From an uncultured Streptococcus sp. (lineage in GTDB: Bacteria > Bacillota > Bacilli > Lactobacillales > Streptococcaceae), in contig CAUQVK010000001.1 in assembly GCA_963521495.1 (NCBI GenBank), positions 34,221-98,220 on the forward strand: a stretch of DNA of 64,000 nt, in the 5' to 3' direction. Both the position numbers and the translations under genes were made by a program. Positions 23,340 through 33,786 of the stretch are shown piece after piece (the stretch's first letter is position 1; every line of letters starts with the position of its first letter). The notes under the pieces were generated by a model. The model was not told the origin of the DNA. It saw nothing but the letters and a program-made list of their open reading frames with translations, and did not search any database.

Positions 23340-24275
23340 CTATTTTGAAGAACTATTTGAGTTTGTATCTCCCCCACTGATATACTGAGTGAAAATATTT
23401 TGGAAAGCTTGATCCTTCACTTTAATATTTGCTGCTTGTAATTCTTTCCCGACAATACTTTGAACAAATGACGCATCATTTTGTTTCTGAGTCAAGATGA
23501 GGGTTTTTAATTTTTCTTTGTAGTCATCCATGTTAGCTGATTTTTCAGTTTTCTTTGTCAATTTGACAATGTAGTAATGACTTGTGTATGCTTGTGTTCC
23601 TGTTGCAGTTATTACATCTGATACCCCATTTACATCTAGAGCAAATACTGCTTTTTTAACTTGCTCAGGAACTTCTGTCGATGCAGAATCAAAAGTAATT
23701 TCTCCACCATTTGCTTTTGTCTTTTCATCAGTAGAGTTGTCTTTTGCTAGTTGTGTAAAATCAGCATCACTAGCCTTAGCTTTTTCAAGAATTTCCTTAG
23801 CTTTGTCTTCATTATCCAAGCGAATTATTTGAGCTGTTACATCAGGAGTATAGTTGTCAAATGCTTTTTTATATGCATCATCCGTTAATTCTCCTTCTGC
23901 AGCTTTTTTAACAGCTAATTCAACTAATTTACTTGTACGAATTTGTTGTTTACGTGTTTCAAGAGTCATACCTGCTTGTGATAAGACACGTTGGTAGTTT
24001 TCACCATATTGTTTTTCTTCCTCAGCAATAATATTATCGATTTCTTTCTCGTCAATTTCTGAACCATACTGCTTTTCAAAAACTTTCTGGATTGCCATGT
24101 TAAGTAATACTTGTTGAGCTGAAGGGTTGCTCTTGACTTGCTCAAAAAACTGATGCTCAGTAATGACATCACCTTTCATACTAATAAGGTCTGTACCTTC
24201 TGAAGCTTTAGAACATGCAGCTAGGGTTGCTACTGATAATAGTGTGATGGCTCCTGCCAATAATTTTTTCTTCAT
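23340..24275 (-). CDS. prsA: Foldase lipoprotein PrsA (PpmA)
   Basis: Lipobox LAAC, parvulin-like region FTQLAKDNSTDEKTKANGGEI. Confidence 0.93.
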   Translation of the reverse strand: MKKKLLAGAITLLSVATLAACSKASEGTDLISMKGDVITEHQFFEQVKSNPSAQQVLLNMAIQKVFEKQYGSEIDEKEIDNIIAEEEKQYGENYQRVLSQAGMTLETRKQQIRTSKLVELAVKKAAEGELTDDAYKKAFDNYTPDVTAQIIRLDNEDKAKEILEKAKASDADFTQLAKDNSTDEKTKANGGEITFDSASTEVPEQVKKAVFALDVNGVSDVITATGTQAYTSHYYIVKLTKKTEKSANMDDYKEKLKTLILTQKQNDASFVQSIVGKELQAANIKVKDQAFQNIFTQYISGGDTNSNSSSK

Positions 24276-24323
24276 ATTTACTCCTTTTAAAGTAGTGTTA
24301 GTATTTCTATTTTACTATATTTT

Positions 24324-24340
24324 CTTAAATTTTTCTGAAA
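24324..24340 (-). promoter_or_regulatory. CiaR box upstream of prsA
   Basis: TTTCAG-N5-TTTAAG followed 9 nt later by TAAAAT; prsA/ppmA is a known CiaR target in pneumococcus. Confidence 0.75.
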
Positions 24341-24341
24341 A

Positions 24342-25055
24342 TTATTCTCCATTAGGTAATTGAACATCTGCTACATTTTTTCGTAACATCAATATACCAT
24401 CTCCTAGAGGTATCAATGTGGCAGTAATACCTGGATTATCTAGAGTTGCATCAAAAAGACTTTGTAAGCCTCGATAAATAGTTCGCTGACCTCGACGGAC
24501 TTCCATGATATCCTTGGCAACATCTCCGCCTTGGAAAATATCATCTAGGACGACTACTCCACCTACATCCAAGTGTTTGAGAATTTCAGGCAAAAAGACA
24601 ATGTATTTGGACTTGGCAGAGTCCATAAAGACAAAGTCATACGTATCTGTCAAAGTAGATAATACATCTACTGCATCACCTTCTAATAGCGTAATTTGCT
24701 TACGATTGTCAAACTGGGCAAAATTTTCCTTGGCAAAACCAATCATTTCTGGATTGCGGTCAATGGTTGTAATCTTGGCATTTGGCGCATGTTCTGCCAT
24801 CAAGAGGGCTGAAAAACCGATAGCCGTCCCAATTTCCAGAATGTTTTTAGGTTGTATGGTTTCCATGAGAAAACGGAAATAAGCAACCGTTTCATGGGGA
24901 ATAATGGGAATATTTTCCTTGCGGGCAAAGTCTTCCAATTCTTTCAAAGATCCTGTGACTTGCTTTTGGCGCTGACGCATCAAGTCCACAATTTCTTCCT
25001 TGACGACAGGGCGACGCATGTTATGGTTGGCATTTTTACTATACGATTCAACCAT
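24342..25055 (-). CDS. O-methyltransferase (YrrM/TrmR-like)
   Basis: LEIGTAIGFS SAM motif, FVFMDSAK; ATG 25055 right after the pepF stop (track ORF extends to 25097). Confidence 0.88.
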   Translation of the reverse strand: MVESYSKNANHNMRRPVVKEEIVDLMRQRQKQVTGSLKELEDFARKENIPIIPHETVAYFRFLMETIQPKNILEIGTAIGFSALLMAEHAPNAKITTIDRNPEMIGFAKENFAQFDNRKQITLLEGDAVDVLSTLTDTYDFVFMDSAKSKYIVFLPEILKHLDVGGVVVLDDIFQGGDVAKDIMEVRRGQRTIYRGLQSLFDATLDNPGITATLIPLGDGILMLRKNVADVQLPNGE

Positions 25056-25056
25056 C

Positions 25057-26859
25057 TTATGCCAATCCCAATTTTTCAACAAGGGCTTCAAACTCATTCA
25101 AACGACGTTCAAAGACTGCAAAGGCATCGTTGAGATAATCTTCCTTCTCCATATCAACACCAGCTTTTCTCATGACATTAAGTGGATAGTCAGACTTACC
25201 TGCCTTGAGGTAGTCGATATAGCGGTCACGATCTTCTTGACTACCATGGACAATTTTTTCAGCCAAGGCTGAAGCTGCTGCAAAGCCTGTTGAATATTGG
25301 TATACATAGTAGTTATAGTAGAAGTGTGGAATGCGGGCCCACTCGTATTGGATTTCAGGATTGTCTTCCTTACTCAAACCATAATACTCTTGGTTTAAGT
25401 CTGCGTAGAGTTTATTTAGGAAATCGCTCGTCAAGACTTGACCATTTTGATCCGCTTGGTGAATCGCGTGTTCAAACTCAGCAAATTGAGTTTGGCGGAA
25501 AACTGTTCCACGGAAACCATCCAGGAAGTTATTGAGAATAGCAAAGCGCGTTGCGTCGTCTTCCACTTCTTCCAATAATTTCTCCGTCAAGATATTTTCA
25601 TTGGTAGTTGATGCAATCTCAGCCAAGAAGATAGAATAATCTCCGTAAACATAAGGCTGCGTTTCACGAGTATAGCTTGAATGCATACTGTGACCTGTTT
25701 CATGAACAAGAGTAAAGAGATTGTCTAGATTGTCCTGCCAGTTAAGAAGCATAAAGGCATTGGTATCATAAGAACCACCTGAGTAGGCACCTGAACGCTT
25801 GCCTTGGTTTTCGTAAACATCAATCCAACGATCGCTGAAGGCACGTTTAACACGGCTTAAGTAATCCTCACCCAAGACTGCCAAGGCTTCTTCGGCCTTT
25901 TTCAAAGCTTCCTCGTAAGTAAAACTATATTCAATAGATGAAAGCGGTGTGTAGACATCGTACATCTTGAGGTCTGAAATCCCCAAAATCTTTGAACGAA
26001 GTTTAAGATAACGATGCAAGAGTGGCAAATGCTTGCGAACTGCTGCTACCAAATTGTCATAAACACTTTCTGGAACAAAATTTGCCGCTAGGGCTGCATG
26101 ACGCGCACTCTTGTAGTTACGAACTTTGGCACGGTAGTTTTGCACCTTAACATTGGTTTGCAAGGTTTTGGCATAGGTATGTTGGAATTGTTGATAAGTC
26201 GCATAAAGAGCTTGATAAGCACCACGACGCACCTCACGATTTTTAGACTCCATCAGACGTGTGTAAGTCCCATGAGAGAGCTGCACTTCCTTACCATCAT
26301 CGTCAAGAACATAAGGGAACACAATATCCGCATTGTCCAAGATAGCGAAGGTTTCACTTGCCGAACCAAAGATTTCTCCAGCTCCAGCCAATAATTCTTC
26401 TTCGCGTTGTGAAAGAACGTGATCCTTGCCTTGCAAAAGCTTGTCAAAATAGTGTTGATAAACCTGCAATTTTGGTTGAGCTTCTAAAAAGTCAGCATAC
26501 TGCTTTTCACTAATTTCCATAAATTCAGGTTCATAGAATGAAAAGGCTTGGTCTAGCTGGCTATATAGAGTCATTGCTTTAGCGTAATACTCTTGATACT
26601 TAGCTTCACGTGTGTCCTGGTCATTTTTCATATGAGCATAAACGTAAAGCTTCTCCATTTGGCGTTCCATTTCAAGAGAAAATTCAGTAATTTCGAGTAG
26701 GCTATCCGCACTATCCAGGAGATGGCCTTCATACTGAGCTACTGTCTCCAATTGTTCTGTTAAATCTTTTAAGGCTTCTTCCCAAGCCTGGTCTGTTGGG
26801 TAGATCGTTGATAGATCCCATGTATCTTTTTTATTTATTTCTTGTCGTTGTAATACCAT
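25057..26859 (-). CDS. pepF: Oligoendopeptidase F (M3B)
   Basis: HETGHSMH zinc motif, [15 protein letters not shown]. Confidence 0.96.
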   Translation of the reverse strand: MVLQRQEINKKDTWDLSTIYPTDQAWEEALKDLTEQLETVAQYEGHLLDSADSLLEITEFSLEMERQMEKLYVYAHMKNDQDTREAKYQEYYAKAMTLYSQLDQAFSFYEPEFMEISEKQYADFLEAQPKLQVYQHYFDKLLQGKDHVLSQREEELLAGAGEIFGSASETFAILDNADIVFPYVLDDDGKEVQLSHGTYTRLMESKNREVRRGAYQALYATYQQFQHTYAKTLQTNVKVQNYRAKVRNYKSARHAALAANFVPESVYDNLVAAVRKHLPLLHRYLKLRSKILGISDLKMYDVYTPLSSIEYSFTYEEALKKAEEALAVLGEDYLSRVKRAFSDRWIDVYENQGKRSGAYSGGSYDTNAFMLLNWQDNLDNLFTLVHETGHSMHSSYTRETQPYVYGDYSIFLAEIASTTNENILTEKLLEEVEDDATRFAILNNFLDGFRGTVFRQTQFAEFEHAIHQADQNGQVLTSDFLNKLYADLNQEYYGLSKEDNPEIQYEWARIPHFYYNYYVYQYSTGFAAASALAEKIVHGSQEDRDRYIDYLKAGKSDYPLNVMRKAGVDMEKEDYLNDAFAVFERRLNEFEALVEKLGLA

Positions 26860-26877
26860 AAGATTCCTCCATCTTTT

Positions 26878-27834
26878 CTATTCTACCATATTTTTTGAGA
26901 AATATTGCTGATAATAGGCTGGAGGATAAAGCTTTTGACAATCATCTTTAGGCATTAATTGGTAATATGCTTGAAAATTCTTATAGTAGGAGCTTAACCC
27001 CTGATTAATCTGGCAAAACTTATTTCCTTCTATTGGTTTAATTTGAGGATACCAATCTTTCAAGTCATAGGTTAAAAGATTTTCACCTCTCTGATAAGCT
27101 TCAGCTTGCCGTTTCATCCATAAAGGATTTTGATAGTAGAGTTGCTTACGAATATAGTGACAAATGTCCTTATCTTGAGAAACAATTAAACTAGTTACAT
27201 TTTTTTGCTTAAAGGGAAAACGGAATATTTCCAGTAATTTTCCTTGGCCAAAAGGAAATTCTTTTATTTTATAATGAAGTTTCCCGCGAAGGTCTTGATG
27301 AAGCAAATATTTAAGACGTAAGACCTTCTTTTCCTGATCCAATTCCCAAGCAAAAAATCCCATATTCTGACTAAAATAGAGAAAATCATACTGTAAACAA
27401 GTCAACCGTTCCTTGAGCCAGAGCTTTTTTCCTAATAACCACAGAACTTGATTTCCATTGCTACGATAACCCTCACTCCTCTCTTGAAGTATTTTTTGTG
27501 ACAAGTTACTGCATTGAACTTCTAGAGCTAATTTCCGATTAACAAAGACATCCGCAATCTGTTTTATAGCTGGAATTGGGTACTCCAATTGGACTTCTGA
27601 ATCCTTTTTTAACCATTTGTAAAGTTCTTCCTTATTATTGAGATGCTCTGAACTTTCATTTTCAAAAGAAAATAAACAATTTTTTAAAGATTCATGAGCA
27701 AAGTGTGTTCTTACTTTTTTCCCCTTCCGTAAAAAAACCTTTCCTTGACATACTGTACAAAAATAATCTCCCCTTTCACATTTCTTATCAAGTACGTTTA
27801 CAATCATTCCTCTAGTGTCTCTCGCAACAAACAT
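26878..27834 (-). CDS. coiA: Competence protein CoiA
   Basis: CTVC...HFAH, ESSEH, IADV...ALEVQCS nuclease-like motif; upstream combox. Confidence 0.93.
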   Translation of the reverse strand: MFVARDTRGMIVNVLDKKCERGDYFCTVCQGKVFLRKGKKVRTHFAHESLKNCLFSFENESSEHLNNKEELYKWLKKDSEVQLEYPIPAIKQIADVFVNRKLALEVQCSNLSQKILQERSEGYRSNGNQVLWLLGKKLWLKERLTCLQYDFLYFSQNMGFFAWELDQEKKVLRLKYLLHQDLRGKLHYKIKEFPFGQGKLLEIFRFPFKQKNVTSLIVSQDKDICHYIRKQLYYQNPLWMKRQAEAYQRGENLLTYDLKDWYPQIKPIEGNKFCQINQGLSSYYKNFQAYYQLMPKDDCQKLYPPAYYQQYFSKNMVE

Positions 27835-27854
27835 ATTTCCCTCCTTTTCTACAA

Positions 27855-27862
27855 TATTCGAA
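27855..27862 (-). promoter_or_regulatory. ComX (sigma-X) combox/cin-box for coiA
   Basis: TTCGAATA (consensus TACGAATA) with a T-rich upstream tract, 21 nt before the ATG. Confidence 0.7.
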
Positions 27863-27970
27863 ATTAATCTAAAAAAGATATAGAAAAATCCCCTTCTAGT
27901 TTCTAGTGAATTTAATCACTGTCCACTTTAAGGGGAGTGGTTTATAGAAAAGATATCATTTTGATTTTTC

Positions 27971-29200
27971 TTACAATCTTTCGTACAACTCTTGCATCTG
28001 AACATCATCTGGAATCAGTTTTAAGTATTCTTGTGCATTAGCCTTTGCTTCTTCAATATAGCCTAATTCATGTAAGAGATAAATAAACTGTTCAAGGAAT
28101 TCTGGATTGTCCTTTAGTTCAAAAGACAATTCTTGATACTGCTCAAAAGCCGTGTCCAAATCATCCATTTCCTGGTAGGAACGAGCGATCATCCACTTGG
28201 TTAAAAGATTTTCAGGTTCTTCGCTTTGCAAGAAAAGAATATCTTCGTATCGCTCTTGTTCCAGATAGATTGTAGCTAAACGAAGTAATATCTCTTCCAT
28301 ATCTTCTGCATCTTCTTTAGCAGTTAGAAGATAATGTTCTGCGGCACTTGCATCGTGTAATTCATAAGAAATTTGTGACGCAACTAACAAAAGTCTCGTT
28401 TCAAATGGATTTTTCGCCAATCCCTGCTGTGCAATACGGAGGGCTTCTTCAAGCTGATTCTCCTTATGTAAAGCTCGGCTGTAGCCATACTCATACCCCT
28501 CAAAATCAGGTGAGATGGTATCAATCTGTTTAAAATAAAGTACTGACTTTTGATACTCTTCTTGATCAAAGTATAGACTAGCTAATTCGAAAGCTGTTTG
28601 TTCTTCGTACTCTAGCTCCAAAGCTTTTTCTAAAAACTCAGTTGCAGCTTCAAACTTTCCTAATTGAGCATAAGCAAATCCAATTCTTTGATAAGTAGAA
28701 ACTCCTGTTTGATCATAAATGGAGCGATTATCCAGTTTAGCATATCCTTGAATAGCTTCTTGGTAATTTTCTAATTCACTATCTAATTCAGCTAAACCAA
28801 ATATCAAAAGCGGATCATCTGAGTAGTCTAAAGCTTCCAGCAATTTTTCACGCGCTACATCTGTTAAACCTTCCATCTGATAAAGATCAGCCTTAAGGAC
28901 CAAGGCAGAAACAAATAATTCACTTTCCGGCTTTATTTCTTCTAAATAGGCAAAGGCATCTTCAATTTGTCCATCTTCGCTGACAATAGATGCAAGATTA
29001 AGATAAAGTTCTGGAAAATCATCTACTATTTTCAAATAAATTTGTTTAGCTTGAGGATAAAAACCGATTCCCTCTAGATAAATTGCCAAATCATAGAGAA
29101 CCTGACTGGAGTCTGTTTCTAGAGCTTGGTAAAAAAACTCTTCTGCTTTTTCTAAATTTTGCTCTTCCAAAGCTTGTAGCATTCGTTGGCTATTGTTCAC
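27971..29200 (-). CDS. Tetratricopeptide-repeat protein
   Basis: Repeated TPR-like helices (e.g. IGFAYAQLGKFEAATEFLEKALEL). Confidence 0.88.
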   Translation of the reverse strand: MNNSQRMLQALEEQNLEKAEEFFYQALETDSSQVLYDLAIYLEGIGFYPQAKQIYLKIVDDFPELYLNLASIVSEDGQIEDAFAYLEEIKPESELFVSALVLKADLYQMEGLTDVAREKLLEALDYSDDPLLIFGLAELDSELENYQEAIQGYAKLDNRSIYDQTGVSTYQRIGFAYAQLGKFEAATEFLEKALELEYEEQTAFELASLYFDQEEYQKSVLYFKQIDTISPDFEGYEYGYSRALHKENQLEEALRIAQQGLAKNPFETRLLLVASQISYELHDASAAEHYLLTAKEDAEDMEEILLRLATIYLEQERYEDILFLQSEEPENLLTKWMIARSYQEMDDLDTAFEQYQELSFELKDNPEFLEQFIYLLHELGYIEEAKANAQEYLKLIPDDVQMQELYERL

Positions 29201-30356
29201 TTTTGACTTCCTCGCCTTCTAGTTCATACAAACCACTGACATTCTTGTACCATTCAAAAATCGCTGAAATGACTACTTTAGCAGAGGCATAAACCGGAAT
29301 ACCGAGCAAGACTCCCCAGATACCAAACATGGATCCTGAAGTTAACAAAACAAAGAGAACATTAATAGGATGGATGTTTAATTGACTTCCCAAAATCAAT
29401 GGAGAGACAAAACGGCCTTCAATAGTTTGTTCTACGATAAAGACAATCACTACTTTCAAAAGCATGACTGGCCCAGCAATCAAGCCCAATACTAGGGCAG
29501 GAAGCATGGCTAAGAAGCTACCCAAATAAGGAACCAGATTTAAAATACCAGCAGTAACTCCCAACGTAACTGCATAGCGTAGACCAATAATCTTGAAGAA
29601 AATCATAAACATTACCGCTACAATAATAGCTACTGTTACTTGCCCTCGAACATAGTTGGACAACTGCTGATTCACATCTGATAAAACTTGTCCAACAGGT
29701 TCTTTCAATTTCGTTGGCATGAATTGGGTCAAATAGTGACGTAGGCCTTTCCCATCACGCAAAAGATAAAAGAGCATGAAAGGAACGATAATCAAAGCAA
29801 CAATCACTTGAGAAGCCCCGCTAATAAAGGCGCTCACCCAGTTGACTGCCTGAGATGAAACCTTACTTGCCCAAACTGTAGCCTGACTTGAGAAGTTGGT
29901 CAAAACTTGTTCTAACTGAGGTCTGAAATCATCTGGTAAACGCTTGGTTACCAGATCGTCAATAACTCTGTCTGCATCTTCAAGGTAGATTGGTACATTT
30001 CTTGCAAATGTTAAAACTTGACGTTGCAGATTTGGAATAGCTACTGCCAAGCCCCAAATGATAAAGAGAGCGATGATGACAAAGACAATAGTGATAGCTA
30101 TAACACGATTAACCTTATGCTTCTCCATCCAATCAACAATAGGATTTAATAAATAATATAGCAAACCAGATAGAATAACTGGCAACATCACGACCGCCAA
30201 AAAGTCTAAAACAGGTGAAAATAAAAAACTAATCTTACTTAAAATAAAAAGATTCAGTCCCAATAATAAGGTTACCAAAAATACCGTAATGGCCTTGTTA
30301 TCCAAAAACCACTTGAAAAACCAAGATAGGCTAAAATGTTTCTCTTTTTGCTCCAT
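29190..30356 (-). CDS. AI-2E (UPF0118/PerM) family transporter
   Basis: FYLLRDG, YVRGQ, NLVPYLG, QTIEGRFVSPLILG, GVLLGIP. Confidence 0.9.
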   Translation of the reverse strand: MEQKEKHFSLSWFFKWFLDNKAITVFLVTLLLGLNLFILSKISFLFSPVLDFLAVVMLPVILSGLLYYLLNPIVDWMEKHKVNRVIAITIVFVIIALFIIWGLAVAIPNLQRQVLTFARNVPIYLEDADRVIDDLVTKRLPDDFRPQLEQVLTNFSSQATVWASKVSSQAVNWVSAFISGASQVIVALIIVPFMLFYLLRDGKGLRHYLTQFMPTKLKEPVGQVLSDVNQQLSNYVRGQVTVAIIVAVMFMIFFKIIGLRYAVTLGVTAGILNLVPYLGSFLAMLPALVLGLIAGPVMLLKVVIVFIVEQTIEGRFVSPLILGSQLNIHPINVLFVLLTSGSMFGIWGVLLGIPVYASAKVVISAIFEWYKNVSGLYELEGEEVKSEQ

Positions 30357-30473
30357 AAATACTTCCTTTCTATTGTTCTCTCATTATACCATTTTTAAAC
30401 CAAAATAACTCTTTTTTAAAGTGCTTACATAGAGACAGCGACATAAAAAATCCCCTCAAAAGAGGAGATTTGA

Positions 30474-32450
30474 TTAGTCTTGAATATGACGGTCTAAGTT
30501 CTTCTGATAATCAGCATTGGATTTGGCTTTTTCATCAGCAAATTTCTTGCGGAACTCATCCATTTCTTTAGAAGTGACAATTTTATCTTGGAGTTTAAGA
30601 TATTTATAACTGTTGTCGCCTGTTTTGTCACCAACCCAACCATCAGCACCACTACCTAATACTTTCTTCGTTACAAGCATTTGGGCACCGTCTGAGTGTA
30701 CAGGAATAACTAGAGCACTATCTGTTAACCAAGCTTGAGCTTTAGTATATTTAGAATAACGTTTTTGCAGATCTGTTTTTTCACTATTTGCATCATCAAT
30801 CAATTCTTTGTATTTATCCAATCCAACTGTTTTAATGACTGGATTGTCTGTTCCTGGCGCTACACCAAGAGAGCTGAGGAGACTTGGACCTGAAGTTGGA
30901 TCAAATACATCTAGATAGGTTGATGGATCTGCATAATCCGGACTCCAACCACTATTAACATTAATGTCCCAATCAACATTATTATTTGATGTTGCTAGAA
31001 CAGTCATGTTTCCCAATTCATCATCAGAAACCTGTTGAATGTCAACAACTACATTTTCAGAGCCCAAGGCTTCTTCAATGGATTGTTTATAAGACTGAGC
31101 TTGATGGATAAAATCTGTCTGAGTCGATGAAACTGGAAGATCTAAATGAATCGGAAACTGTACTCCATCAGCTTGAAGAGTTTTCTTAGCAGATTCAAAC
31201 TTAGCTTTAGCCTTGTCTACATTATGAAGTGAATCTTGGGCATCATCAAGACTGACATCTTTCCAGACATTATCCAATTTATCTAATTCTATCTTAGTTA
31301 CTTGACCAAACGATTGGTCTCCAACTTGTACAAATGTTGGAGGAGTGAAACTTGTACGTAATTTACGAGGCGCCACTTCATCCCCAAACACCTGAGAAAC
31401 AGCTGCTTTACGATCTGCAGCAAATGCCAAGGCTTGACGGAAATCTTTGTTTAAAAGTGCTTTCTTAGTAGAGGATTTTTCTACATCACTTGTTTTAGCA
31501 GTATGATTGTATGACACACGATCAATATTAGTAGACATATAGAATACGCCACCTCTTTGTTGACCATATACAATATTATCCTTGTATTTTTCTTTTAGAC
31601 GTTCATAGTTGGCAGAGTTTTTAAAGAGTGGAGCAGCTGGATAATGTCCTTCATCAAATCCACGTCCAAGAGAATCTGCATCCTGGCCATCAAAGTAGGA
31701 TAGTTTAATATCATCAATAAAGACATTTTGTTTATCCCAATAGTTTTGGTTTTTGGTCATTTCGATAGAAGATTTAGAGGTAAGTCCCTTAAGAAGGAAA
31801 GCCCCATTGTAGAGAATGCTCGTTACATCGGTTGCTTTACCGAAATCATCTCCTTTAGAAGCCAAAAAATCTCCACTTACTGGAGCTAGAACTCCCATCG
31901 TTGTCTTAGAATTCCAGAAAGATTCTGGATGGTTCAAAGTGTAAACAACAGTATAATCATCTGTTGCTTTCACACCTACGGTCGAGAAATCTGTTGTTTT
32001 CCCATTTACATAGTCATCCAATCCTTTGATAGAATCCTGTACCAAATAGAGGGCCTGTGATTTCTTATCTGCTGCATGCTTCAGACCAGTTACAAAGTCC
32101 TGAGCCTTGACTTCACCGTACTCTTCACCCTCATTAGTATACCATTTGACACCCTGGCGAATTTTATAGGTATAGGTCAAACCATCTTTAGAAACAGTCC
32201 AATCTTCTGCAACCGATGGAACTAGATTTCCATATTGATCATTTTCAAGTAATCCATCAATAACATTACCAGTAATCTGTTTAGTGCTGACATTTCCAGA
32301 AACTGTATAATCTAAAGTTGCAGGATCAGATGAAAATACATAGGCATAAGTCACCGGTTTATTAGCTTCTTTACCACCTGCTGAACACGATGCTAGCACT
32401 GCTGCTGATAACACTGCTACACCTGCTACTAAGAAAGCACGTTTTTTCAT
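30474..32450 (-). CDS. Oligopeptide-binding lipoprotein, AmiA/AliA/AliB family
   Basis: Lipobox LASC, DGLLENDQYGNLVPSVAEDW, KALLNKDFRQAL, GWSPDYADPSTYLD; own GTGCTATAAT promoter (32481-32490) and terminator (30446-30470). Confidence 0.93.
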   Translation of the reverse strand: MKKRAFLVAGVAVLSAAVLASCSAGGKEANKPVTYAYVFSSDPATLDYTVSGNVSTKQITGNVIDGLLENDQYGNLVPSVAEDWTVSKDGLTYTYKIRQGVKWYTNEGEEYGEVKAQDFVTGLKHAADKKSQALYLVQDSIKGLDDYVNGKTTDFSTVGVKATDDYTVVYTLNHPESFWNSKTTMGVLAPVSGDFLASKGDDFGKATDVTSILYNGAFLLKGLTSKSSIEMTKNQNYWDKQNVFIDDIKLSYFDGQDADSLGRGFDEGHYPAAPLFKNSANYERLKEKYKDNIVYGQQRGGVFYMSTNIDRVSYNHTAKTSDVEKSSTKKALLNKDFRQALAFAADRKAAVSQVFGDEVAPRKLRTSFTPPTFVQVGDQSFGQVTKIELDKLDNVWKDVSLDDAQDSLHNVDKAKAKFESAKKTLQADGVQFPIHLDLPVSSTQTDFIHQAQSYKQSIEEALGSENVVVDIQQVSDDELGNMTVLATSNNNVDWDINVNSGWSPDYADPSTYLDVFDPTSGPSLLSSLGVAPGTDNPVIKTVGLDKYKELIDDANSEKTDLQKRYSKYTKAQAWLTDSALVIPVHSDGAQMLVTKKVLGSGADGWVGDKTGDNSYKYLKLQDKIVTSKEMDEFRKKFADEKAKSNADYQKNLDRHIQD

Positions 32451-32625
32451 AGTAAAACTCCTTTAATAGTTGATAAGATTATTATAGCACTTTTATTAAG
32501 TAAATCAATGAAAAAATTTCTAATATTATCATCAAAAGAATTAGGTAAAGCTCTTGCTAATCTTGATTTCTTCATACTTCCATTTTTGTGATATAATAGT
32601 CTTATCTTTATATAGAGGTAAAGTT

Positions 32626-33654
32626 ATGAAAGAAACTGTTTATTTTGGAACTTATACACGTCGTACTTCCCAAGGGATTTACAAGGCGGACTTTGATACA
32701 GAAACTGGTCAGCTTTCAAATCTAGAACTTTTTGCTACTGAGCCAAGTCCTACTTACCTAGCTTTTGACCAAAACCAACATCTATATACAGTTGGTAGTC
32801 AAAATGGTAAAGGCGGGATTGCAGCCTTTCAAATGGATGGAACTTTACTCAATCATGTAGTTGAAGAAGGGGCTCCTCACTGCTATGTTGCTGTTGATGA
32901 AAAGCGTTCTCTGGTCTATGCAGCCAACTACCATAAGGGACAGGTTTTAGTCTATAAGCGTAAAGAGGATGGTAGTCTGCTTCTATGTGATATAGACCAA
33001 CATTGTGGCCATGGCCCACATGAAAATCAAGCTTCTCCCCACGTTCACTTTAGCGATCTAACTCCAGATCATTATCTCGTAACTTGTGATTTGGGTACTG
33101 ATGAAGTCATTACCTATGATGTGAACCAAGAAGGAAAACTATCTAAACTATACACATACCATAGTCAATCTGGATCAGGTGCCCGCCATATCATTTTCCA
33201 TAACCACTATAAAATTGCTTATCTGATTTGTGAACTCAATAGCACTATTGAAGTCTTAATCTACGATGGCGTTGGTGAATTTGAACGCATGCAAGTTATC
33301 TCAACTCTACCAGAAGGTTACGAAGGTTTTAATGGTACTGCTGCTATTCGTCTCTCTAAAGACGGTAAATACCTCTACGCTTCTAACCGTGGTCATGATT
33401 CTATCGCAGTATATACAATCCTTGCGGACGGTAGCTTAGAGTTGTTAGAAATCGTTCCGACACATGGTCAGACTCCACGTGATTTTGATTTGACACCAGA
33501 CCAAGAATTTGTCATTACTGTTCATCAAGATTCTGACAATGCCACAGTCTTTAAACGCAATCCTGAAACTGGTCGTCTAACAGAACTTTCTAACGACTTC
33601 CATGTACCAGAAGCAGTCTGCATCAGTTTTGCAAACTATAGTGGATTGAAATAG
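32626..33654 (+). CDS. 6-phosphogluconolactonase (beta-propeller lactonase family)
   Basis: YFGTYT, ANYH, HVH, DLGTD, GARHIIFH, ASNRGHDS, TPRDF; ATG 32626 after a GAGGT RBS and TGTGATATAAT promoter. Confidence 0.9.
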   Translation: MKETVYFGTYTRRTSQGIYKADFDTETGQLSNLELFATEPSPTYLAFDQNQHLYTVGSQNGKGGIAAFQMDGTLLNHVVEEGAPHCYVAVDEKRSLVYAANYHKGQVLVYKRKEDGSLLLCDIDQHCGHGPHENQASPHVHFSDLTPDHYLVTCDLGTDEVITYDVNQEGKLSKLYTYHSQSGSGARHIIFHNHYKIAYLICELNSTIEVLIYDGVGEFERMQVISTLPEGYEGFNGTAAIRLSKDGKYLYASNRGHDSIAVYTILADGSLELLEIVPTHGQTPRDFDLTPDQEFVITVHQDSDNATVFKRNPETGRLTELSNDFHVPEAVCISFANYSGLK

Positions 33655-33743
33655 GATATGAACAAATCGATTAGGAAAGTTAAATTAATTTCTAGAAATA
33701 TTTTAACAGTCACAGCATACTATTCCAGCTTCAATCTACTATA
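33637..33743. repeat. RUP element (IS630-derived MITE, 107 bp)
   Basis: Terminal inverted repeats TATAGTGGATTGAA...TTCAATCTACTATA, length 107 bp, TA ends. Confidence 0.9.
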
Positions 33744-33746
33744 AAT

Positions 33747-33785
33747 AAAAAAATGAACTTGAATTTTGATCAAGTTCATTTTTTT
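33747..33785. terminator. Bidirectional terminator between lactonase gene and atp operon
   Basis: aaaaaaatgaacttga/tcaagttcattttttt. Confidence 0.85.
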
Positions 33786-33786
33786 C

